A stretch of 64,000 nucleotides of DNA from Candidatus Latescibacterota bacterium (GTDB taxonomy: Bacteria; Latescibacterota; UBA2968; GCA-2709665): the NCBI GenBank assembly GCA_965248435.1, contig OZ252100.1, forward strand, positions 480,001 through 544,000. Direction: 5' to 3'. A program made the position numbers and the translations under genes. Below, one piece after another: positions 27,968 to 38,066 of this stretch. Below the pieces are notes generated by a model. The model had not been told where the DNA came from and made no database searches. It saw only the letters and a list, made by a program, of their open reading frames with translations. Each line of letters opens with the position of its first letter. Position 1 is the stretch's first letter.

Positions 27968-29125
27968 TTACGAAGCCTCCAGCCGCTCGATGACTGTGGC
28001 CGTGGCCATCCCGAACCCGATGCACATCGTTTGCAGCCCGTATCGACCTCCCGTCCGTTCCAGAATGTGAAGTAACTTCGTCATCAGCACCGCACCCGTC
28101 GCGCCGATGGGGTGACCGTGGGCGATGGCGCCACCCTGGATGTTGACGCGGTCCATCGGGGGCCCGATCTCCCTCACCCAGGCCAGCACGACGCTCGCGA
28201 ACGCCTCGTTGATTTCGATCGCGTCCATATCCTCGATACTCAGGCCGGTCTTCTTCAAGATTGACTGCGTGGCCGGAATCGGACCCGTCAGTGCAAACTC
28301 GGGATCGCTCCCTATCGCAACACGCCCGACGATTCTGGCCCGTTTGCGCAGGCCGAATTCATCCGCCTTCGATTCGGAAGCCAGAAGGAGCGCGGCGGCG
28401 CCGTCCGAAACCTGGCTACTGTTCGCCGCCGTGATAACCCCGTTCTCCTGGAAGGCGGGAGACAGAGACGCCATTTTCGCCGGATCGATAGAATATCGGA
28501 TCCCTTCGTCCCGATCCACCACTGCTTCTTCCCCGTTTTGAGCGACCGTCACCGGCAGGACTTCCTGACGATACCACCCTGCATCCGTGGCTGCTGCCGC
28601 CTTTTGGTGGCTCTCGGCTGAGAATTCGTCCAATTCCGTTCTCGTGAGGTCCCACTTCTTCGCGATCATCTCAGCGGAAATGCCCTGATGAACGAACTCG
28701 AACGGAAACGTCGCCGAGTATTCCTCGTCGAGGCTGAAGTCGCTGCCCATCGCCACCCGGCCCATCATCTCGACCCCGCAGCTGATAGCCACGTCGATGT
28801 CCCCCGCTGCGATGGCCTGAGCAGAATTATGCACCGCCTGCTGACTCGATCCGCAGGCCCGGTTCAGCTGCAGTCCGGGCACCTCTACGGGAAAGCCTGC
28901 CTTCAACAGCGCCAGGCGTCCGATGTTACCTCCCTGCTCGCCGACAGGGGTCACACAGCCGGCGATCACATCCTGGACCTCGGCCTTCGGCAGGCCCGCG
29001 CGTGCCACAACCTCGCTCAGGACCATCCCAAGCAGGTCGACAGGTCGAACGGAGTGCAGGGCGCCATCCTCCCGTCCACGCCCTATGGGCGTTCGGACGG
29101 CCTCAACGATATAGGCCTCTCCCAA
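27968..29125 (-). CDS. Thiolase (acetyl-CoA C-acyltransferase)
   Basis: NRACGSS, SDGAAA, NEAFA, GHPIGATG, MCIGFG. Confidence 0.93.
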   Translation of the reverse strand: MGEAYIVEAVRTPIGRGREDGALHSVRPVDLLGMVLSEVVARAGLPKAEVQDVIAGCVTPVGEQGGNIGRLALLKAGFPVEVPGLQLNRACGSSQQAVHNSAQAIAAGDIDVAISCGVEMMGRVAMGSDFSLDEEYSATFPFEFVHQGISAEMIAKKWDLTRTELDEFSAESHQKAAAATDAGWYRQEVLPVTVAQNGEEAVVDRDEGIRYSIDPAKMASLSPAFQENGVITAANSSQVSDGAAALLLASESKADEFGLRKRARIVGRVAIGSDPEFALTGPIPATQSILKKTGLSIEDMDAIEINEAFASVVLAWVREIGPPMDRVNIQGGAIAHGHPIGATGAVLMTKLLHILERTGGRYGLQTMCIGFGMATATVIERLEAS

Positions 29126-29159
29126 TATTGAAACTCCTTCCGTGCTTGAAGCGAAGCGC

Positions 29160-29642
29160 CTAAAAACCGGCGGAAACGTGTGACCCGCCCACGCCAGCTG
29201 CCTTGAGGCTCAGGGTGAGCGATAGTCCATAGACTAGATGGACGACCAGACTGCCGAGCAGCATCAGACCGGGCGCCGGGGTGTTGCTGAAGAAGATCCC
29301 AATGCCCGCTGCCAGCGGGACAACGATCACGACCGCAGCGAGGGTGGTGACGACCCCGTAGATCACGCCCTGGACAAACCAGTTCCCGGGAACTCGGCTC
29401 ATCAGGAAGACCACCCAGATCAGCGCCATGATGACCCCGTTAGCGAAGTGCACAAGATTGCCTGCAGCCAGCGAGTATGGAAGGTTCGGGTGGGCTGCCG
29501 TCATGTTTTTCGCGAGCATCGCGCCGACATCTACCGGATTGAGGCCCAGTCCACTCTGCCAGAAACCGGTGACCGTCATCGTGAACGTCGCGATGAGCCC
29601 GGCCACGACAGTCTTCCAGAATCGATCCCCTGACATCGCCAT
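29160..29642 (-). CDS. Four-helix membrane protein with two intramembrane His
   Basis: Four hydrophobic segments; GNLVHFANG and LVVHLVYG; AAGGAG RBS. Confidence 0.7.
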   Translation of the reverse strand: MAMSGDRFWKTVVAGLIATFTMTVTGFWQSGLGLNPVDVGAMLAKNMTAAHPNLPYSLAAGNLVHFANGVIMALIWVVFLMSRVPGNWFVQGVIYGVVTTLAAVVIVVPLAAGIGIFFSNTPAPGLMLLGSLVVHLVYGLSLTLSLKAAGVGGSHVSAGF

Positions 29643-29853
29643 TCTCCTTTTAAATCAGGGTTGTCGAATCGACCAGATATTCAGACCCCCGATCCCCCCT
29701 GGCCAAATCGTTCGCGCAATATTGAACCCGTGAAAGGGTGTGTCAAGCCGTTTTAGACGGGATATAATCTCTGCTAATGTATTGGGCCTTCGATTGACCG
29801 GCGCCGAACCGACAGATCAATCTGGCCGGCTGAGCGAACATACTGGAAAATCA

Positions 29854-29882
29854 TTGACTTTCTGAACCCCCCGCACTATTTT
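29854..29882 (+). promoter_or_regulatory. sigma70-type promoter
   Basis: TTGACT-17 nt-TATTTT. Confidence 0.45.
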
Positions 29883-29941
29883 TTCAATAATCCATGAGCA
29901 GCATGGGTTGCATTTCAGGGTCTTTTGGCCTCGGGGGCGAA

Positions 29942-30739
29942 ATGAATCTTCTGGCTGCAATCGATCAGATTCTCCAGAGAGCGGACTCGGAATCTCCAGA
30001 CACGGAGGAAGATGACGAGCTGCTGGGTCTACCAGCTGGTCTCACCGGAATCAACCTAAAGGGGAAGAAAGAGGAGAACGACAAGTATCGAGAAAACCTC
30101 GAGAAAACGCTCGGGCGAGAAATCCATCCAGCCGTATCCCTGCTCGATCAGGTCTCTGCAAGCGATAGTGACACTGGACAAACGATCGAGGACTTCTGTT
30201 TACTCAAGAAAACCGCACTCCGTGACCTGCTGAATGCCGCGCTTTACGACAACCTGACGGGTCTTTATGCAAGAAACATCTTCGAATCGCGTCTCTGGGA
30301 GGAATTTCGGCGCGCGAAGCGGTATGATCAGTATCTATCGGTGCTGTTCATCGACATAGACAGTTTTAAGACCATCAACGATACCTATGGGCACTCAGAA
30401 GGAGACCGTGTCCTCGCCCATATCGGACGGTTCATTCGTGACCATCTCAGGGAAGTGGATTTTCCGGTACGCTACGGAGGCGAGGAATTCGTCATCATCC
30501 TTCCCCACACAGCCGGCGAAACGGCGCTCTCCCTGGCCCAGAGAATCCACGGCAATATCGGAAAGGCCCAAAAGGAAGTCGGGTTTCAGACCCGCGTCAC
30601 GGTCAGCATCGGTGTGGGCACGCTCATTAAAGATATGCAAAGCGAAAACCAGCTGATCGACGCGGCAGACCAGGCCGTTTACAAGGCGAAGCGCGCAGGG
30701 AAGAACATGGTCTGGCCCAAGGTGAATGCTGAAGATTAG
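29942..30739 (+). CDS. Diguanylate cyclase (GGDEF domain)
   Basis: DNLTGL, DIDSFKTINDTYGH, I-site REVD, RYGGEEF, ADQAVYKAK. Confidence 0.92.
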   Translation: MNLLAAIDQILQRADSESPDTEEDDELLGLPAGLTGINLKGKKEENDKYRENLEKTLGREIHPAVSLLDQVSASDSDTGQTIEDFCLLKKTALRDLLNAALYDNLTGLYARNIFESRLWEEFRRAKRYDQYLSVLFIDIDSFKTINDTYGHSEGDRVLAHIGRFIRDHLREVDFPVRYGGEEFVIILPHTAGETALSLAQRIHGNIGKAQKEVGFQTRVTVSIGVGTLIKDMQSENQLIDAADQAVYKAKRAGKNMVWPKVNAED

Positions 30740-30761
30740 CGCTCTTCGACATCCGAATTGG

Positions 30762-30837
30762 GCGGGAATAGCTCAGTTGGTAGAGCACAACCTTGCCAAG
30801 GTTGGGGTCGCGGGTTCGAGTCCCGTTTCCCGCTCCA
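30762..30837 (+). tRNA. tRNA-Gly(GCC)
   Basis: Canonical cloverleaf GCGGGAA...TTCCCGC-T-CCA, anticodon GCC, TTCGA loop. Confidence 0.97.
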
Positions 30838-30857
30838 GATCTCGAAACACGATCCGG

Positions 30858-30890
30858 CCCGTTAGACCGTCACGGTTTGACGGGTTTTTT
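30858..30890 (+). terminator. Intrinsic terminator after tRNA-Gly
   Basis: cccgttagaccg-tca-cggtttgacggg plus T6. Confidence 0.8.
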
Positions 30891-31119
30891 GTCTTTGCGG
30901 GGAACGGTCTGTCGGTCTGCCAACCCACGTGACTCATATGAAGAACAACCTATGATCGACGGGCCAAGATATTGGTGAGCCGTCTTCAAGCATCGGTAAA
31001 CGACGCCGTCGACCGGTGTCCATTCCCGCTTGCGTAAATCACTCCGTAGACGGTCGAGCTGCGAAGCGTTCCATACGGCCAACCGCCATTTGATGGAAGT
31101 CATACCTAATGTTATCCTC

Positions 31120-31195
31120 GACGGCGGACCACGGGCCGCTTGAAACCAAAAAGATCGCGGTACCCATTTCGCCGCCCGCCGTCTGTGGTCTGCCC
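31120..31195. repeat. Inverted repeat built of 7-nt periodic units
   Basis: Left gacggcg-gaccacg-ggccgct; right gccgccc-gccgtct-gtggtct. Confidence 0.6.
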
Positions 31196-31208
31196 TGAAG
31201 GAGCGCCA

Positions 31209-32045
31209 GTGTCACGCACTTCAATGATCTGCCCGAACTGCCGCAACCTCATCAGCACGGAGGAGGATCGGTGCCCTTTCTGCGGAACCTATCGGCCCGG
31301 TCTCTGGGGGCTCGGGCCCGCGCTGACCCGACTCTTCGGAAGCCGAATCGATGTGCTCACCCTGATACCCACGGCCTGCATCGCCCTCTACGTCTTGAGC
31401 CTGCTGCTGGATCTAAGCGCCGCACTCGACACACGTAGCGGCCTCTTCGGGATTCTGAGCCCCGGGGGCCGCGCCCTTATCACCCTTGGCATGACGGGCG
31501 GCGGTGTTACGTTTCAAGGACAATGGTGGACCGTTTTTACCGCGACCTACCTCCACGGCGGCCTCTTGCACATCCTCTTCAATGTCTTGTGGATCCGCCA
31601 GCTCGGTCCGGAAGTAGGGCAAATCTACGGGCCTGCGCGATACTTCATCATCTTTACCGCCGGGGGTGTCGTGGGATTCGTCCTCTCGAACCTGATCACA
31701 GCTCATCCGACGATTGGTGCGTCAGGCGCGATATTCGGTCTCCTCGCCGCCCTCATCGTTTACGGCCGAACGCAGAAGGGCAGCGTCTCGGCCATGATGA
31801 CGCGCCAGGTCTGGCAGTGGGTCATCCTCCTTTTCATCTTCGGATTCATGATGCAGGGAGTCAACAACGTGGCTCACCTTGGGGGATTCATCGGGGGTTG
31901 GGTCGCCTCACGGCTTCTCGTTTCCGGTGTCAGTGAAGGCGAAGGACGCCTGACGATCCTGTTTGCCCTCGCGCTTCTCATCGTAACGGCGGCTGGTATT
32001 TTCCTCTCCTTCTATAACAACTGGCACCTCCTGCTCATCCGTTGA
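31209..32045 (+). CDS. Rhomboid intramembrane serine protease with N-terminal Zn ribbon
   Basis: CPNC...CPFC; HGGLLHILFN, GASG, AHLGG; AAGGAG RBS before GTG 31209. Confidence 0.9.
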   Translation: MSRTSMICPNCRNLISTEEDRCPFCGTYRPGLWGLGPALTRLFGSRIDVLTLIPTACIALYVLSLLLDLSAALDTRSGLFGILSPGGRALITLGMTGGGVTFQGQWWTVFTATYLHGGLLHILFNVLWIRQLGPEVGQIYGPARYFIIFTAGGVVGFVLSNLITAHPTIGASGAIFGLLAALIVYGRTQKGSVSAMMTRQVWQWVILLFIFGFMMQGVNNVAHLGGFIGGWVASRLLVSGVSEGEGRLTILFALALLIVTAAGIFLSFYNNWHLLLIR

Positions 32046-32057
32046 GACGCTCGCCTC

Positions 32058-33254
32058 TCAATTCACGATCCCGATCAGACATTTCAAGTATTGCCCCTCG
32101 GGGAACGAGACTGATACCGGATGGTCGACCGCCTGGAGGTGTGTCTTTACGATTTGAATCTCTCTGCCTTCCGCCGCAGCGGCGTGTTTGACGATTGAGA
32201 AAAAGCAGTCATAATCGACCTGCGTCGAGCAGGACGCCGTGATAAGCACGCCGCCTGGTCGAAGTACGCCGATCGCCTTCCGGTTCAGACTGATGTATGC
32301 CTGAACCGCTCTTGTGAGTGCCTCGCGAGTCTTCACGAATGCGGGCGGATCCACGATGAGGACGTCGAAGCGTGTGTCCGTCGAATGACACTGCTTGAGA
32401 AAATCAAACGTATTGTCAACCACGACCGGATGGTCTTCGCTGCTCAGGCGGTTCAGCTCCAGGTTCTTGACGGCGAGCTCGGCCGCAGGCTCTGAAACGT
32501 CTACACTGACCACTCGGGAGGCCTTTGCCAGGGCAGCGTGAACGGTAAACGCCCCGGTATAGCTAAAGCAGTTCAGGACCTCCAGACCCTTCGTGAACGA
32601 TCTCGCGGCAAGTCGATTCTCCCGCTGATCCAGAAAAAACCCGGTCTTCTGTCCCCGCCTGACATCCACCCAAAACCGCGCGCGCTCCTCCCGAATCTCG
32701 ATCAACTCGGGGGGCTCCTTCCCTGCAAGCAATCCGACTGGACGGGTGGTCAAGCCCTCCGCCCGCCGCGTTCCGACGTCGCTCCGTTCGTATATCCCCG
32801 TAGGCCCGACGACCGCCTGGAGCACTTCCACGAGAAGATCTCTGAGCCGATCCATCCCCAGCGTGTGAAACTGAACGACCAGGAAATCAGTATATCGGTC
32901 TACGATCAACCCCGGCAGATGATCGCTCTCTCCGTTCACTAATCGGTAGGCGTTCGTTACTTTCCCGTCGATCCATCTACGCCTCAAGTTGCAGGCCTGC
33001 TCCACGCGACGCGTCAACAACCCCTTGTCGATCTTCCTGTGCTGATCTCGAGTCAGCACCCTTACAGGAATCGATGACCTGGGGTTGAAGGTTCCCCTCG
33101 CGACGAATTTCCCTGAGTCGTCGAGCACATCCACGATTCCGCCCGCTTCGGCGGCGCCGGGATGCCGAGCGACGGCGCCACCGAAGATCCAGGGATGCCC
33201 CTCTCTGATCTGGTGCTCCCGTCCCGGCTTGAGAAGCAGTTCGGGGTAGGCCAT
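32058..33254 (-). CDS. rlmI: RlmI-like 23S rRNA m5C1962 methyltransferase
   Basis: PUA domain GHPWIF, GESD.LPGL, GQKTGFFLDQR, LNCFSYTG, DPPAF, YLK. Confidence 0.85.
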   Translation of the reverse strand: MAYPELLLKPGREHQIREGHPWIFGGAVARHPGAAEAGGIVDVLDDSGKFVARGTFNPRSSIPVRVLTRDQHRKIDKGLLTRRVEQACNLRRRWIDGKVTNAYRLVNGESDHLPGLIVDRYTDFLVVQFHTLGMDRLRDLLVEVLQAVVGPTGIYERSDVGTRRAEGLTTRPVGLLAGKEPPELIEIREERARFWVDVRRGQKTGFFLDQRENRLAARSFTKGLEVLNCFSYTGAFTVHAALAKASRVVSVDVSEPAAELAVKNLELNRLSSEDHPVVVDNTFDFLKQCHSTDTRFDVLIVDPPAFVKTREALTRAVQAYISLNRKAIGVLRPGGVLITASCSTQVDYDCFFSIVKHAAAAEGREIQIVKTHLQAVDHPVSVSFPEGQYLKCLIGIVN

Positions 33255-33255
33255 C

Positions 33256-34317
33256 TTACGCGTCCAGCGCCGCTGACGCGGACATTCGGTGTTCCAGTGT
33301 GGTGACGGAGATTGCGCTGCCCGTACGTTCGGATTCGTAGGCAGCCAGAATGATCGCGAGGTTGTGAAGCGCGGCCTCCAGCCCTACTTCGGGTTGCCGA
33401 TCCGCCTGAAGGGCGGATGCGAAGCCCAAAAAGCTCCCCGAGTAGGTGAAACGAAAACTTGGTTTCTTATCGGGTTCGAAATAGGTCTCCCACTGCCCGG
33501 TCTGCTTTCGGTAGAGCAGAACAGATCCACCTTCCCCCTGAGTGATCGACCCCTCAGACCCGTGAACCTCTAATATGCCCTGCCCAACTTCAAAGGTCCA
33601 GCCCATCTGAACTGATGAAATCCCTCCCCTTTCGTGTCTCAGCGTGACCAGACTCAGGTCATCCACCTCCCCCTCCTCCTGGGTGACGCAGACGCGGGCA
33701 GCGACATCCGTAACCCGCGTACCCATGAACTGCTCACACATGTAGAGGCTGTGGTAGCCGCTGTCGATCAAGGCCCCCCCGCCCGCCTTCTCGGCACGCG
33801 TGCGCCAATCCGGATCGTACCCGGGGGCACCGGGCCAGTGACCGGCCGCGAACGATTCATCGCGGATAAAGATGGGGCGCCCGATTTCACCCTCTCGAAT
33901 GGCTGTGCAGATGGCAGACAGCTTTGGATTGTGGAGGTAGTTGTGCTGGATGCCGAACTTGATGCCCGCCTTTTTGACGGCCGAGGCGATCGCGGCCGCG
34001 CGCTCCACACTCGTCGTCAGGGGTTTTTCCGTAAGGACGTGACGACCGTGCTCTGCGCACGCAATGATGGCTTCCTCGTGCAGAAAGTGCGGCAAAGCCT
34101 GATCTGCAAAATCGAATTCCACCTCTCCGAGCAGGTCGCCGTAGTCAGCGAATCGGAGATGCTCCGGAATGTCAAGCGCCTCTCCTACGACGTCCCTGTT
34201 TTCCCTGACCGGATCTGCAACCGCGACCGCGCGGATCCTATCCCGGACCTCCTTGAAGCCAAGCAGGTGGCCTACCTGCACGACGCGTCCACAGCCGATA
34301 ATTGCCGCGGTCAGCAC
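33256..34317 (-). CDS. Gfo/Idh/MocA family oxidoreductase
   Basis: IIGCG, EKP, GGGALIDSGYH. Confidence 0.88.
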   Translation of the reverse strand: MLTAAIIGCGRVVQVGHLLGFKEVRDRIRAVAVADPVRENRDVVGEALDIPEHLRFADYGDLLGEVEFDFADQALPHFLHEEAIIACAEHGRHVLTEKPLTTSVERAAAIASAVKKAGIKFGIQHNYLHNPKLSAICTAIREGEIGRPIFIRDESFAAGHWPGAPGYDPDWRTRAEKAGGGALIDSGYHSLYMCEQFMGTRVTDVAARVCVTQEEGEVDDLSLVTLRHERGGISSVQMGWTFEVGQGILEVHGSEGSITQGEGGSVLLYRKQTGQWETYFEPDKKPSFRFTYSGSFLGFASALQADRQPEVGLEAALHNLAIILAAYESERTGSAISVTTLEHRMSASAALDA

Positions 34318-34369
34318 GGCGCCACCACGCGTGATGAATCGTTCCGTCCCATTTGCGGATCCCCCCGGT

Positions 34370-35188
34370 CTACCAATAGCGTTCTACGTGTACCTGGCCA
34401 GGAACCTTACGGGTATTTTCCCGGAAACCGTCTTTTGCCAACACCTCGAGCATATCTTCACACATGGAAGGGTTGCCGCACAAAAAAATGTGGGTATCGA
34501 TAGAAGAGGGACGGAACCCCCAGGCCTTCTCGAGCTCCCCATTCTTCCACTGATCCTGCACATAGCCCGTCAAGCCGCCCCATGGAACCGCCTCATTCGC
34601 CGGCCTGCTGACGAAGCAGATATAACTGAAGTTGCTGCAAAGCTGCTGCATGGTCGAAAGCTCGGACCGATATCCCAGGTCCCACGAATGCCTAGCCCCG
34701 TGCAACACGGCGAGCCGTCTCTGACCGTCAAGCGGGAGATGGGTCCGCATCATACTGATGTACGGGGCCAGCCCGGTTCCAGTAGCCGCCATCACCACGT
34801 TCATCTTCTCGGGCACGTTGTCCAGCGTGAACATACCGGAGACCTTCTTTCCCAGCCAAACGCGATCCCCCATGTTCAGAGCGAACAGCCTGGTGGTCAG
34901 GGCCCCGTCACGCACCAGGTTGATGTAGAACTCCATATACTCCTTCGCCTTCGATGAAGAGGCGATCGAATAGGCCCTCCGGATGAGCTCGTCCTCCCCA
35001 GGCGGGTCTTCCTCCGGGTCGGCCCACTGCGTGCGAGGTGACGCGCCCAACAATCCAAGAACGGCGAATTGGCCCGGTTCGAAATCGGACATCTCCCATC
35101 CATCCGACGCCACCTGAAGAATCATCAACTCCGGGCTCACATCGATCTTTTTCGTGATCACCGCGTTCATCTCTTGCTTCTTCGCCAT
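34370..35188 (-). CDS. fpr: Ferredoxin-NADP+ reductase (bacterial type)
   Basis: RAYSIAS, GALT, ATGTGLAPY, LCGNP, C-terminal ERYW. Confidence 0.88.
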   Translation of the reverse strand: MAKKQEMNAVITKKIDVSPELMILQVASDGWEMSDFEPGQFAVLGLLGASPRTQWADPEEDPPGEDELIRRAYSIASSSKAKEYMEFYINLVRDGALTTRLFALNMGDRVWLGKKVSGMFTLDNVPEKMNVVMAATGTGLAPYISMMRTHLPLDGQRRLAVLHGARHSWDLGYRSELSTMQQLCSNFSYICFVSRPANEAVPWGGLTGYVQDQWKNGELEKAWGFRPSSIDTHIFLCGNPSMCEDMLEVLAKDGFRENTRKVPGQVHVERYW

Positions 35189-35214
35189 TCAAATCCCCGC
35201 TTCGCGACTACGCC

Positions 35215-35988
35215 TCACCGCCCGATCTCAAACGTGCTCGAGTGATAGGTTACAGATTGCCCCGGATCGATCCTGGCCACGCGGGTGTTCGGCGACAAAA
35301 ACGAAACCGCCTCAGTGAGGGCGTTGATGTCCGCGGGTTGACCGAGGGCGTCCCCGTAGTGACAGGGGATCAGGACATCGGGGCGAATCAGACTCGCGGC
35401 CCGGGCCGCCTCGCGAATGCCCATCGTGTACTTGCCGCCCACGGGTAGAATAGCCACCTGTGGGCCGTACATCTGCGAGATGAGCTGCATGTCGCTGAAC
35501 ACGGTCGTATCGGCAGAATCGTAAACCGTAATGCCGTTCGAAAAGGCCATCACCATCCCGCACACCGCCCCGTCGGGCCTGAAGTAGGCATCGTCCGGTG
35601 CATCTCCGAGGGATTGGTTGGGTGACATCGAGAGCGAATGAATCGCCTGTGTCGCCGTCACGCGCACACCCTTCACATCGACGGTTCCCCCCGGGTTAAA
35701 GGGAAGGGCCTGTGACTCCATCTCCAGGCCATTCTTTACAGCGGTCATACAGAGCTCGACGTGCCCAACAAACTTGGCGCCTGTCTTCTTGCAGATGGCG
35801 AACGAATCACCCACGTGGTCATTGTGACCGTGCGTCGCAATCACGACATCCGCCCGGTCTACGTCCTGCACCTTCAATCCGCAGGTCGGGTTCTCATCCA
35901 GCCACGGATCGAAATAAATCACTTCACCGGTATCGGGCTCCAGGCGGAAAGAGGCGTGTCCGAGCAGCGTGATCTTTATCGAAGCCAT
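35215..35988 (-). CDS. Metallo-beta-lactamase-fold hydrolase (UPF0173-like)
   Basis: LGHASF, DPW, THGHNDH, AIHS, PCHY. Confidence 0.85.
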   Translation of the reverse strand: MASIKITLLGHASFRLEPDTGEVIYFDPWLDENPTCGLKVQDVDRADVVIATHGHNDHVGDSFAICKKTGAKFVGHVELCMTAVKNGLEMESQALPFNPGGTVDVKGVRVTATQAIHSLSMSPNQSLGDAPDDAYFRPDGAVCGMVMAFSNGITVYDSADTTVFSDMQLISQMYGPQVAILPVGGKYTMGIREAARAASLIRPDVLIPCHYGDALGQPADINALTEAVSFLSPNTRVARIDPGQSVTYHSSTFEIGR

Positions 35989-36011
35989 TGTTTATCCTCT
36001 TGTGAATTAAG

Positions 36012-37070
36012 TCAGCTTGCCACCAGGCCCAAGGGCACATTCAGCCCCTGCGCAACTTCCTGAATCTGCCGCCACGTCTCTTCGTCCACGACCACCCCTT
36101 CCTCTTCTCGCTTCTTGCGGAGTCGACCTTCAATTTCACCGGGCAGGAAGATCTCCTCAACCCCGGGCGCGAGCCTCGACCGCTTCAGATGTTGAGTGAA
36201 CTCCCCTACCTCATCATAGTAACGCTCCATATCGGTGAACGCCCTGATGTCTAGCACCATCAGGAACACCCCGTTTCCACCCGAGGTAACGCCATCTCTG
36301 CTGCACCCTCCTCCTCCCAGGACGCCCGAGAGGAGGTCCACCATAATGGCCAGCGCAAACCCCTTGTGTGCGACGATCCCACCCATCGGGAGAATTGCGC
36401 CCCGGGGCGGTCCATAGAAAACATCGGGATCGTTCACCGGGTTTCCATCCGTATCCAGAGCCCACCCATCTGGAATCGCTTCGCCCAGATTTCGCTTGAG
36501 ACGAATCTTTCCTTCCGCGACAACGCTCGAGGTCATGTCGACGATGATTGGAAACTCCTGGCCGGTCGGAAAGCCGATCGACAACGGGTTGGGAGACATC
36601 TTTGGATCGATCCCTCCGAACGGGGCCTGCAGGAGGCCCCCGCCGTGATTGTTGCACATGACCATCCCGATCATCTCCGACTCGGCCGCCATCTCGACAT
36701 ACTCCCCGAGTCGGCCGATATGGCAGCTTTGGAAGAGTTCCACCACTGCAACAGACCTGGCACTGGCTTTTTCCATAGCGATCTTCATCGCCTGCCTGCA
36801 CGCGATCTGCCCGAAACCCCACCCGCCGTCCAACACAGCCGATGCATCCGCCTCCCGCACGACGCGGACTTCCTGCCCAGACTTCATTTTCCCTTCCTGG
36901 AGCAGTTGCAGGTACTGCGTGACCCTGATTACGCCGTGCGAATCGTGACCCATCAGGTTCGACAGGACGAGCGAATGCGCCACCTGTTTTGACTCGGCTT
37001 CGGTCAGTCCCGCCGCCCTGAAAATCCTTGCACAGCACTCCTCGAGCGGCTTCGCGGAAAATACCGGCAT
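36012..37070 (-). CDS. Ldh_2 family (malate/L-lactate dehydrogenase-like) oxidoreductase
   Basis: GHDSHG, DGGWGFGQ, HIGRLG, PNP, HKGFAL, LPGE. Confidence 0.88.
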   Translation of the reverse strand: MPVFSAKPLEECCARIFRAAGLTEAESKQVAHSLVLSNLMGHDSHGVIRVTQYLQLLQEGKMKSGQEVRVVREADASAVLDGGWGFGQIACRQAMKIAMEKASARSVAVVELFQSCHIGRLGEYVEMAAESEMIGMVMCNNHGGGLLQAPFGGIDPKMSPNPLSIGFPTGQEFPIIVDMTSSVVAEGKIRLKRNLGEAIPDGWALDTDGNPVNDPDVFYGPPRGAILPMGGIVAHKGFALAIMVDLLSGVLGGGGCSRDGVTSGGNGVFLMVLDIRAFTDMERYYDEVGEFTQHLKRSRLAPGVEEIFLPGEIEGRLRKKREEEGVVVDEETWRQIQEVAQGLNVPLGLVAS

Positions 37071-37125
37071 TGTCCCTCCAGATAAGGTTCTCTATTTACC
37101 GAACGCCTCGGTCTCGACCCTTGCA

Positions 37126-37872
37126 TCAATTCGTGCCTGCATACTTACCGTCCAGGAATCGACTCGATTCTTCGATGCTCGTCTCCACAGCCCGTTGAAC
37201 GAACTGCTCACGTCGCGAATTGTCAAGGTAATCCGACGCGCGTTTCCGATTCGACTCCCATTCTCGGCGGGCCTCATCCAGTGGGAGTTTGCTCCCGATC
37301 AGGTCCAGAAAGATACGCTCTGTTCCCCAGGGATCATTTTCGTCCGCCCACCTGTGGATCAGGGACAGAAACTGCCCGATCATGCCGCAGTCGATAAAGC
37401 CGACGCGACCCTTCCGATTGAATCGGCGGATCTCTTCGGACAGATTCCGATAGCCGATCGGCAGTTCATCCACGATGGACCAGAGCCCCTGTATGACCGG
37501 GCGCCAGTCATCCATTCCGTGAACCTGGGAGGTGGCGACGTCGCGGAACGTCTCGTCAGCGGTCAAGTGGGAGATATACCCCAAAACGAGCGCTTGATCA
37601 CGCTCATCCAGAAGATCCGGGTTTGAAATCTCGAGATGGGCTTTGAACATTTCAGCCACGGCCTTCCCCCAGATCTCAGGACGATCTTCGGTATAGAAGT
37701 GCGTTGCCAGCTTACCCATCCGTCCGATGTAACGGAGGCCATCAGGCGCCACGGAGCCGGCGAGGAAGTCTGGCAGACACCGGTCGGCGATCAGCGCCGC
37801 TTCCGGCCGCTCGTGACGAAGCCGCTCGTGGAACGTGTACAAGATGGAGAAGTGGCAGCGACCTCTAGGCAC
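37126..37872 (-). CDS. Zinc-dependent phospholipase C-like hypothetical protein
   Basis: N-terminal H, GSVAPD, THF, LGYISHLTAD. Confidence 0.65.
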   Translation of the reverse strand: MPRGRCHFSILYTFHERLRHERPEAALIADRCLPDFLAGSVAPDGLRYIGRMGKLATHFYTEDRPEIWGKAVAEMFKAHLEISNPDLLDERDQALVLGYISHLTADETFRDVATSQVHGMDDWRPVIQGLWSIVDELPIGYRNLSEEIRRFNRKGRVGFIDCGMIGQFLSLIHRWADENDPWGTERIFLDLIGSKLPLDEARREWESNRKRASDYLDNSRREQFVQRAVETSIEESSRFLDGKYAGTN

Positions 37873-38066
37873 CCTGCCTCCGCATGGTTGTTTCTAATGA
37901 AAGGACCTCCCCTCCCGAATGCGGCGCATCAATCTAAACGAATCTCGGACCACCGTCAATCCGAAAACCGGGACCAGACAGGTTTCTGCCGGTCTTGACC
38001 CCCAGTTGAGAGGTCCTTAACTTGCCAAGACGTGGAACACGCATCAGCCGACATCGAGATTGAAAG

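Noticed and set aside
30870-31103. 77-aa minus-strand ORF after tRNA-Gly
   Set aside because: It runs into the tRNA terminator and has no recognisable motif; cannot be supported without a homology search.
30762-31200. Genomic island integrated at tRNA-Gly
   Set aside because: No integrase and no duplicated tRNA 3' end seen; flanking genes look housekeeping.
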